Below, piece after piece: positions 13,899 through 27,869 of a stretch of 64,000 bases of DNA. Both the position numbers and the translations under genes were made by a program. Position 1 is the first letter of the stretch, and every line of letters starts with the position of its first letter. Source of the DNA: Curvularia clavata. Taxonomy: Eukaryota. The notes below the pieces were generated by a model that saw only the letters and a list, made by a program, of their open reading frames with translations, ran no database searches and was not told the origin of the DNA. Location: assembly GCA_023920165.1 (NCBI GenBank), contig CP089276.1:682001-746000 (forward strand), read 5' to 3'.

Positions 13899-14638
13899 GG
13901 AATATGTATGGGCTTAGAAATAGTATTTCGTTGCGTGAAGGCTTAATCGTAATTTCTTTATTTTACTGTGTTGCTCGATTTTGAGTATGTACGATATCCA
14001 TTTTCGAGACTTATCTATTCACAAAGTGGGAATGTCCTAAATACCTGACTGTGCTTTGTCCAGAAATTGATATGGAGTTCACTGTCGATTGTAAATGTCT
14101 GCAAATGAAGACAATGGATATTTTATCTTTGAATTCGACATGATATTTTTCTCGTAGACTCTGTCTTCTGGTTGGATGTCTTCTCGGGTAATTGTTAGAT
14201 GCTGTTGTCTGTTGTTTCAATTTGTCGATGTCGTTCCCCATTGATTCTTAGCGATTCCTCCGCGCCATTGATGAAACGGCGTTTCATGACCAGCTACACC
14301 AGCAAGCCATGAGCAATATTACAGTGAAAGAACAACAGCAACATAATGTCTGTTAGAGCAAGCAGTTCAATGAACGCGTCCACTATGCTCTGTCTCTATC
14401 ATCATCCCCTGACGTCTGCCCATCTCAACAATATAGAAAGGCAAAAATCATCGTAAAGCAAAAGGTTCAACGAATAGTTTAAACAAACACACAGGGTATT
14501 ATACAGGCGCTTGCAAAAGACATCCACACCAAACCAGCCGAAACTCCTCGCTGAGTTGCACATCACTCACTTTCCAACACCTCATCCGAAAAACAAGTGC
14601 TGATGATCGCCCAGCAACCATCCTTAGTACGCACTCAC

Positions 14639-15130
14639 TCAGATATGATCGTGCCGTCCCAGCTTCTTGCCCTTCTTGCCCAACATCTTGGCCTCGCCCT
14701 GTTTGATCTTAGCTAGACGAGCCCTACGCAATATGTCAGTAATGTGCCCCAAACGTGAAGAGCATGGGAAAGACGTTATAACTTACTCCTCAGCAGCCTC
14801 CCTCTCCAACCTAGCCACATGATCGCGCGCCTCCCTAACGGCAGCCCTCGCAACAGCCAGTGCCTTATCTGCCTCTCGTTCCGCATGCTCGGCATTAGCC
14901 AGACTCTGCTTTGCGTTCACGATGCTTGGGTCGCCATGGGATCGGCTGAACACGCCTGACTTGAGTGTGCCGCTGGAATGCGAGGCAGAACTACTGTGTC
15001 GGTGGTGGCTGGTCGTCGACGTGGTGTGAGTAGGGGAGGTAGAACGGTGACGAGAGAACAAGGAGGACTTTTGGGTGGGAGCTGGAGCTGGGGGAGGCGA
15101 TGGCTCGCGGCGGGTTCCGAAGAGAGGCAT
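14639..15130 (-). CDS. Small hypothetical protein with a Ser/His-rich N-terminus and a coiled-coil C-terminus
   Basis: ORF 14783-15130 plus intron 14724-14786 (GTAAGT…TAG); last exon EARLAKIKQGEAKMLGKKGKKLGRHDHI*. Confidence 0.75.
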
Positions 15131-15947
15131 GGTTTTGTGATTGGTGGATGTCTTCCGCTTTAGTAATGTATTAAGTGATGATGGAGGGTGTTGGTAGCTC
15201 CTTTAGGGCTAGGGTTGTGAACAAGGAATTTCCTGGACGATAGCTGGAAAAGAAGATAAACAGTAGAAGCAATGCAGGAGATGCCTTATATGTGAATCGT
15301 ATTATCCCTTCCTCGGCAGGTAATATTGTTGCTTCCCGTTGTTGCTCCCCCAGTCCCTCCTCCTGCTGCGTCGAAAAGCAAGGTTCAGCGGAGTGACGTC
15401 GACGTCACATCTCCCCAAAGAAGCTGCGATCAGCAAAAGGCTAACCACCACTGCACGCAGACCGCCACATCGTCATCATTAGGTATATCGCTCGCTTTTC
15501 AGAACGAAATAAGGACAATAGAAAGTTGTCTTGTTTGATGGGATAGAATTGGTAGTCTTATGGTTGAGTTGTATGGGTGGGTCGGGAATGGCGCCCTGCG
15601 CCGGATATACCGGCCTTGACAGAGAGCTAGTGAGCTTGATTGAACCTCAGGTACAGGGTTTTTTCTTGGAGAGGAAAAATGTTGGTGCCGATATAGCCGT
15701 CGTGGTAAAGGCAAGGCTTGTATTGTGGGGGAAGAACTCGAGACGGACCGATAGAGATATTGTCTGCTGAATGTCCATGACACAAGATTCGCAAAGCATG
15801 ATACTGCATTTCCCTTCGATGATAATGCTATTCTCCTATAGGAGACAATAGACCTCCAGATGAACCGCTCGTGCGCCCATCTATGCCGTTTCATATATCC
15901 AAGACGCCAACCCATGCAACCGCTCTATGTTACAACAAAACACCAGA

Positions 15948-17741
15948 TTAACCACACTGCGCATGATCACCTTCACCCATCATGAGCTTTCCTGAAGTCT
16001 TGAAAATACTGATGACCATTACGGTGCATCCGAATGCTACGACAGCACCAGCCACATATGTCATGGTGCTTTTCTGCGATAGCTTGATGTAACAGAGAGG
16101 CGGGAGAATAAATGCTAGCGCACAAGCAGATGTTGCACCAAACAACTCGAAAACAACGCCGATATCGCATGTCAAGAGGGACATCGTAAGGGCAGAAACC
16201 ACAAGCGCAGTGGTGAAGACCATGTGACGGTTAGCATTGTAATGCTCGTCGGGGAACCAGTAGTTGTTCATGACTTCTCGGCAGACAAAGGCTTCTAGTG
16301 GAAGAGTGGTAAGCATGTTCAAACCAAAGAACAGACGTGCAATGTTGACCATGAGGTTGTCGTTAGGGAAATTGTTAAGCACATTGCCAAGTGTCTTGTC
16401 GCCGAAGGTCAGGTAACCTGCCAGCGCCATGACGAGACACGCAACAAGGGATATGCCAGTGCTGTAGTGTGTAACGCGGGAGAAACGGTCAATGGTGGGT
16501 TTACGCAGGGAACCATATATGAGGAGGCTGTTGTGGTGGCAGACAAAGGCAAAAGCGATTACGCCTATGGATTCGAAGATGCCTGGGCGAATGATGAGGG
16601 AGCCGCGAAGTTGGCCTCGGGACTCAGCGGGTACTCGGAAGGATTGCGTCACAACCGTAACGATAATGACGGTCATGCTAACCAAGGCAAACCCGCTGGC
16701 TTTGGCAAGCTGGAAAAGTATTAGGCTACGATCTGTCCTTGTTGGGAATACAAATTACCTTTGAGATGTCCCGGTAGAGCGACAGCGGATATGAGATGCC
16801 GAGAATGAGAAAGATCATGATAGCCCTCCTGTTGGTGAGTAGCCACAGAAAAGACATGTCTGATAGGGAAGGGAACAGCGAATCCATGACCCTTGGTATC
16901 GTGTCACCGATAATAACGCAGAAGGCTACCATGCCACCGAAGGCACTGTATGCTGTCAATACATGTGTTTGTAGATGCGATGAAAATGACGTACAAGAGC
17001 CACTGCGCCAGGGATATAGCGACAAGACCCGATTTCCCAAAGCAATGTTGTACCGTCGCCTGAAATGAGTCCGTTCCGCTGAGCTTCGAGTTTATGACAA
17101 TGAGCCGAATCGTCCAGTCTACCACGATGGTGAGGCCGATCAGGAGGGCGGTCCCTGTGACAAGGCCGGCATTGCGGATAGCGTACGGTTGGCCAATGAT
17201 GCCAGCCCCTCTGTTCCAGGTTAGCTGCCATCCTTCTTCTTTGCCACTGCATGCCTCACATAATGCTGTTTGCCATGTTCAAAAAGGCGCTTTGCATTCC
17301 GCTGCGTGGCCGCGCGCTCTCCAGATGATCTTCTGGGTTGAAGTTTTGTTCCGCAACCGTTACGCTTGGCGCCTCAATGCCTGTCAGCAAAGGCAGCCGT
17401 TGTGTTCTCTCTTGGCCTTCCTCATGGTCCATATAGTCATCTCCGTCCAACTCTACCCAGTCAGCAGCGGTGTTGGCATCTCCGTTCATGCTCCTCCTCG
17501 GCTCTTCGAAGCGGACGCGATTCGGGGTCCTCGGTGTGCCATCGGGGCGATGTTGGGCAAAAGATGATTGCCGTTTGATACCGCCATTTGGGTGTGACCC
17601 TGGGGGTGCCGGGGAGGTGGATGTAGCTCGCGACGACGAAGGCGAGGGCGAGAGGTGTCGCGGACTTGGTTTGATTTCAGGCTCTAACTCCGAGTCGCTG
17701 TCTGAAGGATGCTCATGCAGGAGCTTTTGGCTTTCGCTCAT
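15948..17741 (-). CDS. AVT2: Amino-acid transporter, AAAP/Aa_trans family (Avt2-like vacuolar transporter)
   Basis: SAFLNMANSIIGAGIIGQPYA, FAFVCHHNS and many TM segments; introns 17211-17259, 16946-16994 and 16710-16758. Confidence 0.85.
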
Positions 17742-17960
17742 CGTGGCATTGTCAAAACTGGGAAGATTGATAACTCGAGCCAGCGTGGAACTGTCATCCC
17801 CGACTTCTGGCATCGGCGTCAAGAACATTGGACCCCTGCTCATCCCCTAGCTCACATTAGGAATAGCGCATCTCCGTTCCGAACGGCTGTAACAGGAACG
17901 CACGTGCATCAATGCGGGCAAGCGAAGGCTTCGATTCTTAGATTAACGTGATATGCGGCC

Positions 17961-19196
17961 TCAGTAAAGTGAGGCCTCAAGACTAGGTACTACCATCCAT
18001 TTAAGCGTGGCCAGATGCAACCCTTCAATAGTGGCCGAGGCATTTGTAATCAACGTGGCCATCGCATCCTCGAGATTACACTTGTGCTTGGTGTGGAAGG
18101 TCCAAGATATCCACGGGGGAGACTTGATATGTTTGAGGCGTACACACAAGTCTTCAAAACTGAGTCCGCTGAATGGAATCGTGGGCGGAGGGTGCAAAAT
18201 ATTGGCTTCATTCATTCCTTTTGTCAAAGCACCAAGCAGGAATGACCCACATGGGAAAGATTGTGATGCATCATAAGGACATGTGTAGGAATTGCTCTCG
18301 TAACCTTCAAACAGTCTGTTCAGACCCAGAAAGATGTTTTGGATGGCATAGTACCGCTTGTGCTCAAGATTTTCTGTGGTACATTAGAACGGCACGGAAC
18401 TAAAAGAAGCATACTGCCTACCCATAATCCTCGGAGGAAGAGGTAAGCCCAGCGTGGGTATGACATCTTTGCCGTGTTTGATCGCCACCATTGTAGCTTG
18501 CTCAAACTGTTTCTCGACATTGAAAACCCAGGTGGCCCATATCCACAACACCAAATCTCGACAGTGGGTTGTCGGTACACCGGTTTGCTCGATATCCTGA
18601 AACCACAGGTCTCTGAACATCTCGAGCGCCTCTCCGAAAACATAGTAATCTTCTATTACCGCAATCTTTGCGAGAAGCTCTAGGGTAATCTTTCGTGGTA
18701 CGTGCTTGTTGCGACCATGCACAATCTGCATAACGATGAGGAAGGCTTCAGCATCCCAATCGTAGGTGCTGATATGATAGAGTCCGTCGTTTTTGTTGCG
18801 TATAGACTCCTTAAAACAGCCACTATTCAATGCGTTCTTGAACATGGGAGATGCAAGCACCAAATGACGCGAGGAAACGTGGTAATGAACATCGTCTTGA
18901 GCCGATTCTGTCAATTCTGATGAGGTATCGGAGTGCATGATATCAGTACTGAGGTTGCCGCCAAACAGGGATTTGGTGACTTCTGGGTTACTCTTCTCTG
19001 CAACATTTTGAACAGCTTCCGTCTGTATTTGACCCATTCTGTCTTTGACCACTTTCCTTGCGGTATTCAAGAGACTCAACGACTCCAATGCGTCGTCTTG
19101 TGCGATTTCTCTAGTTCTCCAAGGCGCAAACCTGACGCAAGCATCCTTGAGGGTGATGACCGTGTCGCCATCTGGATCGATTATATATGTAACCAT
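17961..19196 (-). CDS. Fungal BTB/POZ-like domain protein
   Basis: IDPDGD…YHVSSRHLVLASPMFK…FLIVMQIVHG…LAKIAVIEDYY pattern; intron 18374-18421 joins the C-terminal exon (…CGSFLLGALTKGM…PFSGLSF…C). Confidence 0.8.
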
Positions 19197-19750
19197 GACT
19201 GAAATGTAACTGCAGGAGAATTTATGGCGAGAACTGGTGCATATCAAGACACGACTAGCGGTAGGGTGTACCCAACATCAGTGCCGAAAGGGCGGTTTAA
19301 TAGATGTATACTTCTAGAGTTATCAGTCAGGCTTATAAACAATCGGTGTGGGGCCGAGTCCGACATGTGAGCTTTGTTTGTCGGGAAGATGGCTATGATT
19401 GGAGGCTGGTGTTGAGTCGGTGACGCTGCGGTATTGGACTATTTCCAACAGGGATTGTGCTCCTTCAACTAGCGACGCGCATGACACATCAATGGCTTGC
19501 ATCTGTCACCATCGTTACGGTAACTTGCTTCTCAAGGAATATAGATAGAAGATTTCCGTAGTTAGTGCATATCAAAGTTAACCTGAAGATATGTCAAGAT
19601 GTCATTCATTGGGATCGCCTTTCTCACTAATCCACTAATGTTTTGCATCGTCGAATAAAGCGGTGTCTGAGTGAAGAAAAGACGGCAACCGTGGTAAAAA
19701 GCAATCTTAACTGTATTTTGCTCGATGCTTCCGATTTCCGTGAAAACAAC

Positions 19751-20065
19751 CTAAGCACCTCCCTCCCTCTTCGCGTACTCGTCCTCCATTCTTTGCTCGT
19801 ACTCTCTTCCCTTGATCGCGGCGTTCTCGTCTTCTGTTACATCTTGAATACGCCTGGCATCCATATTACGTGTGCTGTCAAGCTGTCTGCCATTTGCATC
19901 TGTCTCAAAGCGCTCAACACGCGGGGCCTCGCCAGGGGCTTGGTGGGTGCGCTGCACACGGGTGCCACTGGGATCTGAATAGGTTTGCTCCGATTTTGAG
20001 ACGGTCTGTCCGTTGATGGTAGTGGAGCTGCTGGAGCTGGAGAAGGATTGGAATGTCGACGACAT
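19751..20065 (-). CDS. Small hypothetical protein (104 aa)
   Basis: Intact ORF with a Ser-rich start and the C-terminus YEQRMEDEYAKREGGA, which I recall from fungal hypothetical proteins. Confidence 0.7.
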   Translation of the reverse strand: MSSTFQSFSSSSSSTTINGQTVSKSEQTYSDPSGTRVQRTHQAPGEAPRVERFETDANGRQLDSTRNMDARRIQDVTEDENAAIKGREYEQRMEDEYAKREGGA

Positions 20066-20683
20066 GGTGGCTGGTTTCTACGTCGATCTGTATTCGTCTT
20101 CGGTGAAGAGAGGAGCTTTTGTTGATCCAAATAGACTATATTTTGCGTTCAAAAGCGGGTACTATGATCAAGGACATGGCGCTATGGTTCTGCTTTTATG
20201 TTGTTGGATAAGCAGTACTGTGATCTCATAGTGTGACGTCATAGGGACCAGCAGTGGTTCACGCCCAGCAAATTGCGAAGAATGGCATGAGCTAGCTGTA
20301 CATGGTGCTAGAGTAACACAGAATTGAGGTCAAAGGTTGGGATGTCGGGCTCGAATGATGTCGTATGGCAGTAGTCGTGGTCTGCGTCAAAGAAGCCAGC
20401 GTGATGCAACAAGACGACATCGATCAGACCTGTCGAGAATGCGTTGTTTGCAAGCAATGGTTTTTCATTCGCAAAATCGAGGATCTTAACGCGGACCATT
20501 CCAAGTAATCGATGAACGAATCGTTCGTTGTGTCAAGAGATATGTTTCCCTCCCTCAGCCGGTTAGACTTGCCCTGTTCGTGCACCGCGCGACCGCGTCA
20601 CGCCCCTGACAGACGGTGCCAAGCACCCGATAGACAGGCGGCTAAGGCACCAACTCTCCGCCATTCAACACCACCCGCCCACT

Positions 20684-22030
20684 ATGCGCTTGTTTGGTGC
20701 ATCGCTTTTTGCTGCCCTCTTGCCTTTGGTCCGAAGCAACAAAATCCCAGATGCGCTTGATTGTCATGATCCCGGAGATGTAGACGAATGTGCGCAACCC
20801 ATAGCAGATGTCACGGCCGTCGTGCCGGGATCGTCATACATTGCGAAGATTGAATGCAAGGACTGTCCCTTCATAATCCCAGGCGATGACAATCTCGGAA
20901 GTACTGATTATCTGTTTGTATGTCATCGCCACTGCCCCTGCTAAATCACATCATAGTTGTGCTGACAGCGCTTCTAGTTGCTAAACATCACCCTTACCCA
21001 CGACAATCGTACTGTTCTTCTTAATAACCGCCCGCTGTATCCATTACAAACCATACCCACACCCCCGCCCTTCGATGCTGCCCAATACATCCCCGATCTT
21101 TCCAATGCGGACCTTTATCGCGGTCTCACCAGCTCAGACCCGTATTGCATATTTTCGACTCAAACAAACCTAGAATCCGCTGAGTGGTGCTGGAAAATCC
21201 CACTCTGGCCGCATGAACGCCCAAAGTTCGATTATCTCTACATTGCCGAACCGACTCGGTATAAGAGCGACGACAGCCAAGACAACGCAGAATACTGGAA
21301 CCTATCACTGGATATTATTGGGAAGTCACTTTATCAACATGATCCGCTCTGGGAGTATGACCATCCTGAACAAAAGATGTTGTGGATGTTGGTAAAAGGA
21401 ACCCCGCTGAAAACACGGAAGAGTAATGCCGGAGGAGGGAATAAGGCTGCCGATCCTTTCAATGGTCAATCTGATACCCAAAATCAAAAGTACGAATACC
21501 AAATTGTCGACATGCGCCTTGCAGCTCGTGCCTACACATTTCCTGCCAAGAAACCCTTGTCAGTGCTGGGAAGAGTAGGCCACTTCTTCGGCAACGACGT
21601 CTGGGAAGAACAAGGGAGCCGGTTTCTATACCGACAAGAAGAATGGGGGCAGTACGGTAAGAAGGGCACTCTGCGCGACATGTTTGGCGAGTTTGTACAC
21701 TGGGACTCTTGGTCCCTATTCTGGATCGTCTTCTTTAGCGTCATTGGTGGCCTGCTCGCACTTTTTGGTTTCTATAAGCTCTTCAGATGGATCGTTGCAC
21801 AGCGTGAACTCATGAAGTGGGACGGCATGGAAGATGTATGGGAGAATATGAGGAGGGAGAGGCTAGCTGAAGAGGAGGGCGCGCTGCTTAATGGAGAAGC
21901 GAGGTACACCGACGATCCTGATGAAGGAAGCTCATCACAGCCGCCAGCGTATGAGGATGCGATGAAACCGCTACCCAGTAAACCGCTACCCGAGAAGCCA
22001 TTACCTGAGGTCCCTCTCATTGAAGCATAA
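20684..22030 (+). CDS. Type I membrane protein of unknown function
   Basis: Signal peptide, CxxC, intron 20918-20977, a single TM helix (WSLFWIVFFSVIGGLLALFGFY) and a cytosolic tail with PPAY and KPLP repeats. Confidence 0.75.
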
Positions 22031-22623
22031 GCGCGCCGGCCTTCTGGCCTATTTTCCTTAGACATATCTGCAGATACCCATTTGACATTACGCATGTCAA
22101 TACTCATTCCTTGCTATTTCGTTACTGACTGTCCCTACCTACTCTTGCTGGTTCAAGTTTTGTTGGGCTTATAACATATAGCCGCAGAAAGCATTGAATC
22201 AGATCCGATGCTCTTCGTGCGCTTAAACTTTCCTTAGAAACCCAGTCATAATACCAGAAGATGGAGACACATCACATCATAATGTGATTTTCTGCACAAC
22301 GTACTCATCTCGACTATATTTAACTTTCCACATGCGCAACCGGTGCAACTTGGGTCTGCATTGGGATATACTGCGAACGTATGATCACAAAACACCTATT
22401 ATGTCTTGAAGACCGGAGAAGCTATCACGAGTCATGGTCAAAGCCGTTATCGCCGATTGGCATGATATCAGCGGCAAACTAAATCAGGAGACCAAGAAGT
22501 GGGTCGTTTGCATGGTGGCCGCTGAACTACATTTAAAGGTACGCCACCGTCCGGTTAACATTCATATGCTTCCGGAGGCACTACATCCTCTGATGACATT
22601 TGATAAGATTTTATAAAACAATC

Positions 22624-23672
22624 ATGGTTAAAATCGCAGTAGCTGGCGGCACTGGAAGTATGCTTCCCCTTGCTCGTGGCAGATTTACCCCACTTGGAAA
22701 TCACCATATCAGTGTAGATGTGCTATGCTAATACACTCACAACCAGACGTCGCGACCTGCATGCTTAAAGATGCCATTGCTTCTAATCAACACGAAATCA
22801 CCATTTTCACGCGCTCAGCGCCATCAAAACCGCATCCTTCTCCCAAAGTCAACTACCTCCAAGTCGACTACACCTCCCGCGAGGCCTTGACAACTGCACT
22901 CCGTGGATTCCACACAGTACTTTCTTTCTTAGTCGTGCACCTCGATGTCGACAACATCGCTCAGAAGAACCTGATCCACGCCTCTATCGCAGCCGGCGTG
23001 ACCCGTTTTGCACCTTCAGAATGGGGCATCGCCAGCAACAGCGGCGTCAGTAGTTATGACAACAAAGACTACATCCGCAAGTACCTCGAAGACCTCGACG
23101 AAAAGGGCGAGCTCAACGGGATGCAATATTGCCTTTTCCAGCCCAGCATCTTCATGGACTACTTTGCGCACCCCTACCCACTCGAGCCCGACCTCATCAC
23201 CTGGCCCTTTTTCATTGATTTTGAAAACCGACGGGCCATGATCCTCGATGATGGAAACCAGCCTCTTGTGCTAACCGCCATGCAGGATGATGCGGCGATC
23301 CTTTCTCTCGCCCTCTCCGACACGCAGCGTCCTTGGCCACGCGTGGGCGGTATCAGGGGCTGCCGCACCAACATGAACGAGCTAATTGCGCTCGGCAAGA
23401 AGATCCGTGGCGGCGAGTGGTCCATTGACCATATTTCCAGTGAAGATGTGGCTCGGGGTGAAATCAAGTCTAGTTGGATCCCGCCGCTAGACCATCCGGT
23501 TATTCCGCCGGAGGAGCGTGAGAGCTTCTCAAAGGTGTTTTTGATCATGTTCTTCACGGCGAGTAAGAATGGAGCGTGGAACGTGAGTGAGGAGTTTAAT
23601 GAGATGTTTCCTGAATACAAGTTCATGAGCTTGGAGGAGTATCTGACTAAGGCTTGGGAGGGAAAGCCATAG
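22624..23672 (+). CDS. NmrA-like / isoflavone-reductase-like NAD(P)-binding protein
   Basis: MVKIAVAGGTGNVA Rossmann motif across intron 22658-22746; AGVTRFAPSEWG motif. Confidence 0.88.
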
Positions 23673-23759
23673 TTTGTGTTTGGTTAGGAAGCATCTGAAG
23701 TGAAGGGAAGAATGTTAGTGTCAGAGTGTCAGTCCATATGAGACAGAATCAATTTGAGA

Positions 23760-26700
23760 CTATAAATTGTCAGAAATCTCTAGCAGCGATACAAGGCCAA
23801 AGTCACGACCTAGCGCAACTATGTCATCGTACACGGCCACACAATTTGCTCTGTATTCAGGCGGAAGCCACAGCACTCGCGAGCCCCGGTAATATACCCA
23901 CTGCTCTGAAACAAAGATTTCAGGTGGGCTTTTCAGCTTCGGCGATAAAGCAGAAAAGGAAAATCCGGTGGAGGCCGACCCGAAGTTAGTGTGCAAAAAG
24001 ACTGGGTTATCAGAGTACAAGAGCCTGCTAAGAGTAGCATCAGCAGAATGCTTCTGTGGCATTTCCCCCATATTTTCATGCCACAGCTTTTCGTCCCAGA
24101 GCTGAACCGTACCCTTCCTTGATGCTATTGCTAGTACCTCACCATCCGACGAGACAGCCGTCGCGTGGCACTCACTTGGAAGGCTCCGAAGTGTCTGCAG
24201 CAAGTCGCCCGTGCTAACGTCCCACAATTCGACTGTCTCGTCCCAAGATATCGATGCTATCATGCTGCCATCGGGCGAAAAGGCCGCTGCCATAACATCT
24301 GATGAAAAGGCCTCTGTCATAACATTTGATGAATGACCACTAAGGGTGACCCGTATTTTGCCTTGGCATATGTCGAATAGCGCTAGATCTCTCTGATCTA
24401 ATCCTATTGCTAGCAAGGCGCCGTTTGGAGAGAAGCCTACTGCAGTGATGCTCCTTGAATGGCTCTTAAAGCATAGTGCCCCCCTACCCTTGCCTAAGTC
24501 CCAAAGCTTGACTTCCCCGTCCCGGGAAGCTGATGCTAGCCATCTACTATCAGGCGAGAAGGCTACTTTCAGAATGACGTCCGAATGGCCCTTGAGCCTC
24601 TGTGGCTTCTTTTTCGTGTCGAAGTTCCATATGCCGATCACGTAGTATCCTGATTCCCAATTCTGTGATGTACACGCCAGCATCGTGCCGTCCGGTGAGA
24701 GAGCCCACCCCAAGACTGGGCTAGAATAGCTCTCGATCATTTCCCGTTCTGACCCTGATGACACATCCCACAGCTTGATCGTTAATAACTTATCTCCAGA
24801 CACCGACGCCAGCACCTTCCCATCAGGCGAAAAGGCCATGGATTTGACTCCACCTAAGTCTTGCTTGGTTGTTTGCACCACTGTTTCTGTACCTGCATCC
24901 CATAGCTTGACTGTCCCACCAGCTGAAATCGATGCTAGCATTTTACCATTTGGCGAGAAGGCTAGTGCTACAACTTCATCTGAGTGGCCCATAAGTGAAT
25001 GCAGCACAGCCGTCTCAGTCTTCCACAATTTGACTGTCTTGGACGATATGAACCCTAGTGACTTTGCGTCGGATGAGAAGACTAGTGTTTCTCTGAAAGG
25101 GGAATAGCCCACACACGTCTGCAGTGGTTCGCCTGTGTGTACTTCCCACAGTCTAAGTGTATTGTCATATGATGCTGATGCCAATACTGTGCCGTCTGGA
25201 GAGAAGATTAATTGCGTGACCCCGCCCCCATTGTCATTAAGGACCTGCAACATCGCGCCAGTGGTTGCATCCCATAACTTGACAGTCCCTTCACGAGACA
25301 CCGACGCTAGGATATTGCCGTTAGGTGACAGTGCCGCTTTTGCTTTTCCATAGCTCTCAACAGTCCGCATCACTTTGCCCGTTTGTACGTTCAGTACGCT
25401 GGCCGTTTTGGAATAAGAGTCAAATACCAACGCGAATGCGGTACCTTCAGGCGAGAATGTCACTGCCCCAGCGCGGTCTGAAGCACACGCGAACGTTCGC
25501 TCTCTTTTGAAAGTACTCAGGTTCCACAGTTCAACCGTCGCAGACTTCACGCTGTTTATCTGATGTGATATGAATGCTAGCATTCTAGAGTCTGGTGAGA
25601 AGGCCACATCGTCAGTCCAGCCGTCCGAGAACGTCCAAAGTAGCTGGCCTGTGTAGACATCCCATAACTTGACCGATTTGTCGTACGATGATGATACCAG
25701 CATCTTGCCATTCGGTGAGAAGCGTATGCCGAATGAATGGTTTTCGAGTGTGTGAAGTATAGCACCCGTATCTACATCCCACAGATTGATATCACTTGAT
25801 GCCGACGCCAGAATCTTACTGTTTGGCGAGAAGGCCACTGTATTGCCAGTAGAAGAGTGTTCTTTGAGTGTCTGTAGTAGCGCGCCCCACCTGCTGTCTA
25901 CTTGGGGTAGCCTCTTTATCCACCCTGGTATCTTGTCTGCGAACTGCTTCTTTACTATGCTTCCACTCGGTGCAAATACCAGCGCGCTGCAGTACACTTG
26001 CAGAGGGGCTTTCTCGATTGCCGCCCGACTGTATAGCGTAAACCGCTTCATGTCACGTACAAATTCACAAATCTCACGACATTCGTTTGTCTATAGTGCT
26101 ATTAGCTATACTCTGTATGGACTACGGATTGGACCTACTCGTGTCATCGACTCCGACAAAGAGCCAATAGCGTGGATACCTTGTGACAGCTTGCCCATCC
26201 AACACAGCGCCTCTAGCCAGTGCAGGAAGTGCTCTTGTAGAAAGCCATGTACTTCATCGCCGTCATGAAGCTTAGCACCGCCTCGTACAAAGTGTTCTAT
26301 CCAGTAGTGACAGGCATATTGCAGCTCGGAGGGGAGAGCTGGCTTGAACTCCGCCCCCTCATCCTCAGTCACCAATGTACAAACTTTATCAATCCCACAA
26401 GCGCCTTGCTGGAGAGAACTAGACATAAGCTGTAGGCATTTAATTGCCAAGTCTCGATGCGCCTCCTGCTCGTCTACCAGAAAGTTGGTATCGCTGCATC
26501 TATCGCCGCTGAGCAGGAAGTCACGGAACGACGGGTGATGCAGACGGAGCAGCTGCGCATTGTCCTTAGGGATGGCGATAATGGCATTGAGACGTTTCAA
26601 AACCCTGCCCGCATACATCTTCTGGAGTCGGAGAACTTTGAAAAGCGCATCAGCTGAAAGAGGAGAAAGCAAGGTGACCATACCTCCTAGTAAAGTTCGT

Positions 26701-27869
26701 AGATCTTTGTAGTACTTTTTCCGTTCTTGTGCACTGTAATTTTCCGGAACAGACGCCTGTAGCACTGTAGTGTAGATGCTGTCGAGGTGCGCTTCAGGAG
26801 AGCTCTTGTGCCTTCCGCCCTCGAGAAGCATGTGTAGTCTTCCGTCAACATCTGTGCCTTCGCAAATGAAGCGAAAGGCAGTAGCAGCCCAGATGAAAAG
26901 ACCGCTTGCTTTCTGGACTAAGCCGTCAATTGCTTTTGCCTTAGGCCAGTCCTCTTCTATGCCCTCTCCCTGGCGATAACACTCAAACTCATGCCTTAGG
27001 AAAAGATCTATGTCCTGATTGACGGCCAGCGGCGGTATGTCGTGCAGTACAACCTCATATGGCACAAACTTATCATTTTCCTGCAAACGGTTGAACTGGG
27101 ATTGGATTGGCGCTTCGGGCCTGCTTGTCAGCAGTATCCGCAACCGGACCTTCGTTAGTGATTTAGCCTCAGCTAACAACCGCACGATGAGGCCGATGTC
27201 CTTCTCATTCTCGCACTCGTCGAGCGCGTCCACAACTAGAACGAGCGAGGCTGGGCAGCTGTCATCGCTCAGCTCCGATAATGGACCGAGGATAAGATGT
27301 CTCCACTGTTTTTCTAGAGAAATGGTGGCAATATCCTTGCTGTTGAGAGCCTTTTTAATAAGCTGTTTCGACGCTTCCACATTGTGCATAAGCTGCACTG
27401 CGAGGCTCGTTGCGAATTTTTTCGCGTAGCGTACATCTTCGCTGCCACCACGCGAGAAGAAAAAGCTGGCCGCTAGACGATTCTTCTCTTCATCGTATTT
27501 GTGCGCGACCGTCCGCGCGATCGTCGATTTGCCTGTCCCTGCTAACCCGCTCAGCCAGAAGATGCACCGATCGTCTTGCCTGTCCGCCCAGTCGTCTATC
27601 TCATTCAGTAGATCAATACGTGTATCTTCGAGACAGCGAGGTTCGTGTTGATGAGCGGACGAGTATATGGGCGCGTCAATAGCATTCCAATTCCTCAGAG
27701 GATCTTGAGATTGTCTGCACTTGTTAAATATGACAACCACTTCTGTGCAGAGCTCCGACGGTACATACTGTATATGCATATCTCCATACCATTCCACTGG
27801 TCCCATTATTCCAATCTTCGAGTCATGGCTGGTGAAGTTATTGGGTTGGCTATGGGCTGGAGAACTCAT
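23760..27869 (-). CDS. NLR-type STAND protein (NWD2/HET-E-like): short N-terminal putative amyloid motif, NACHT domain, ~14 WD40 repeats; about 1335 aa
   Basis: CLEDTR, Walker A WLSGLAGTGKSTIARTVA, Walker B LVLVVDALDEC, TSRPE, GLFIWAAT, HHPSFRDFL, YACHYW, LHWLEAL, PLQVYCSAL and repeated FSPDG…VKLWD units. Exons 27869-27769, 27714-26139 and 26090-23760. Confidence 0.93.
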
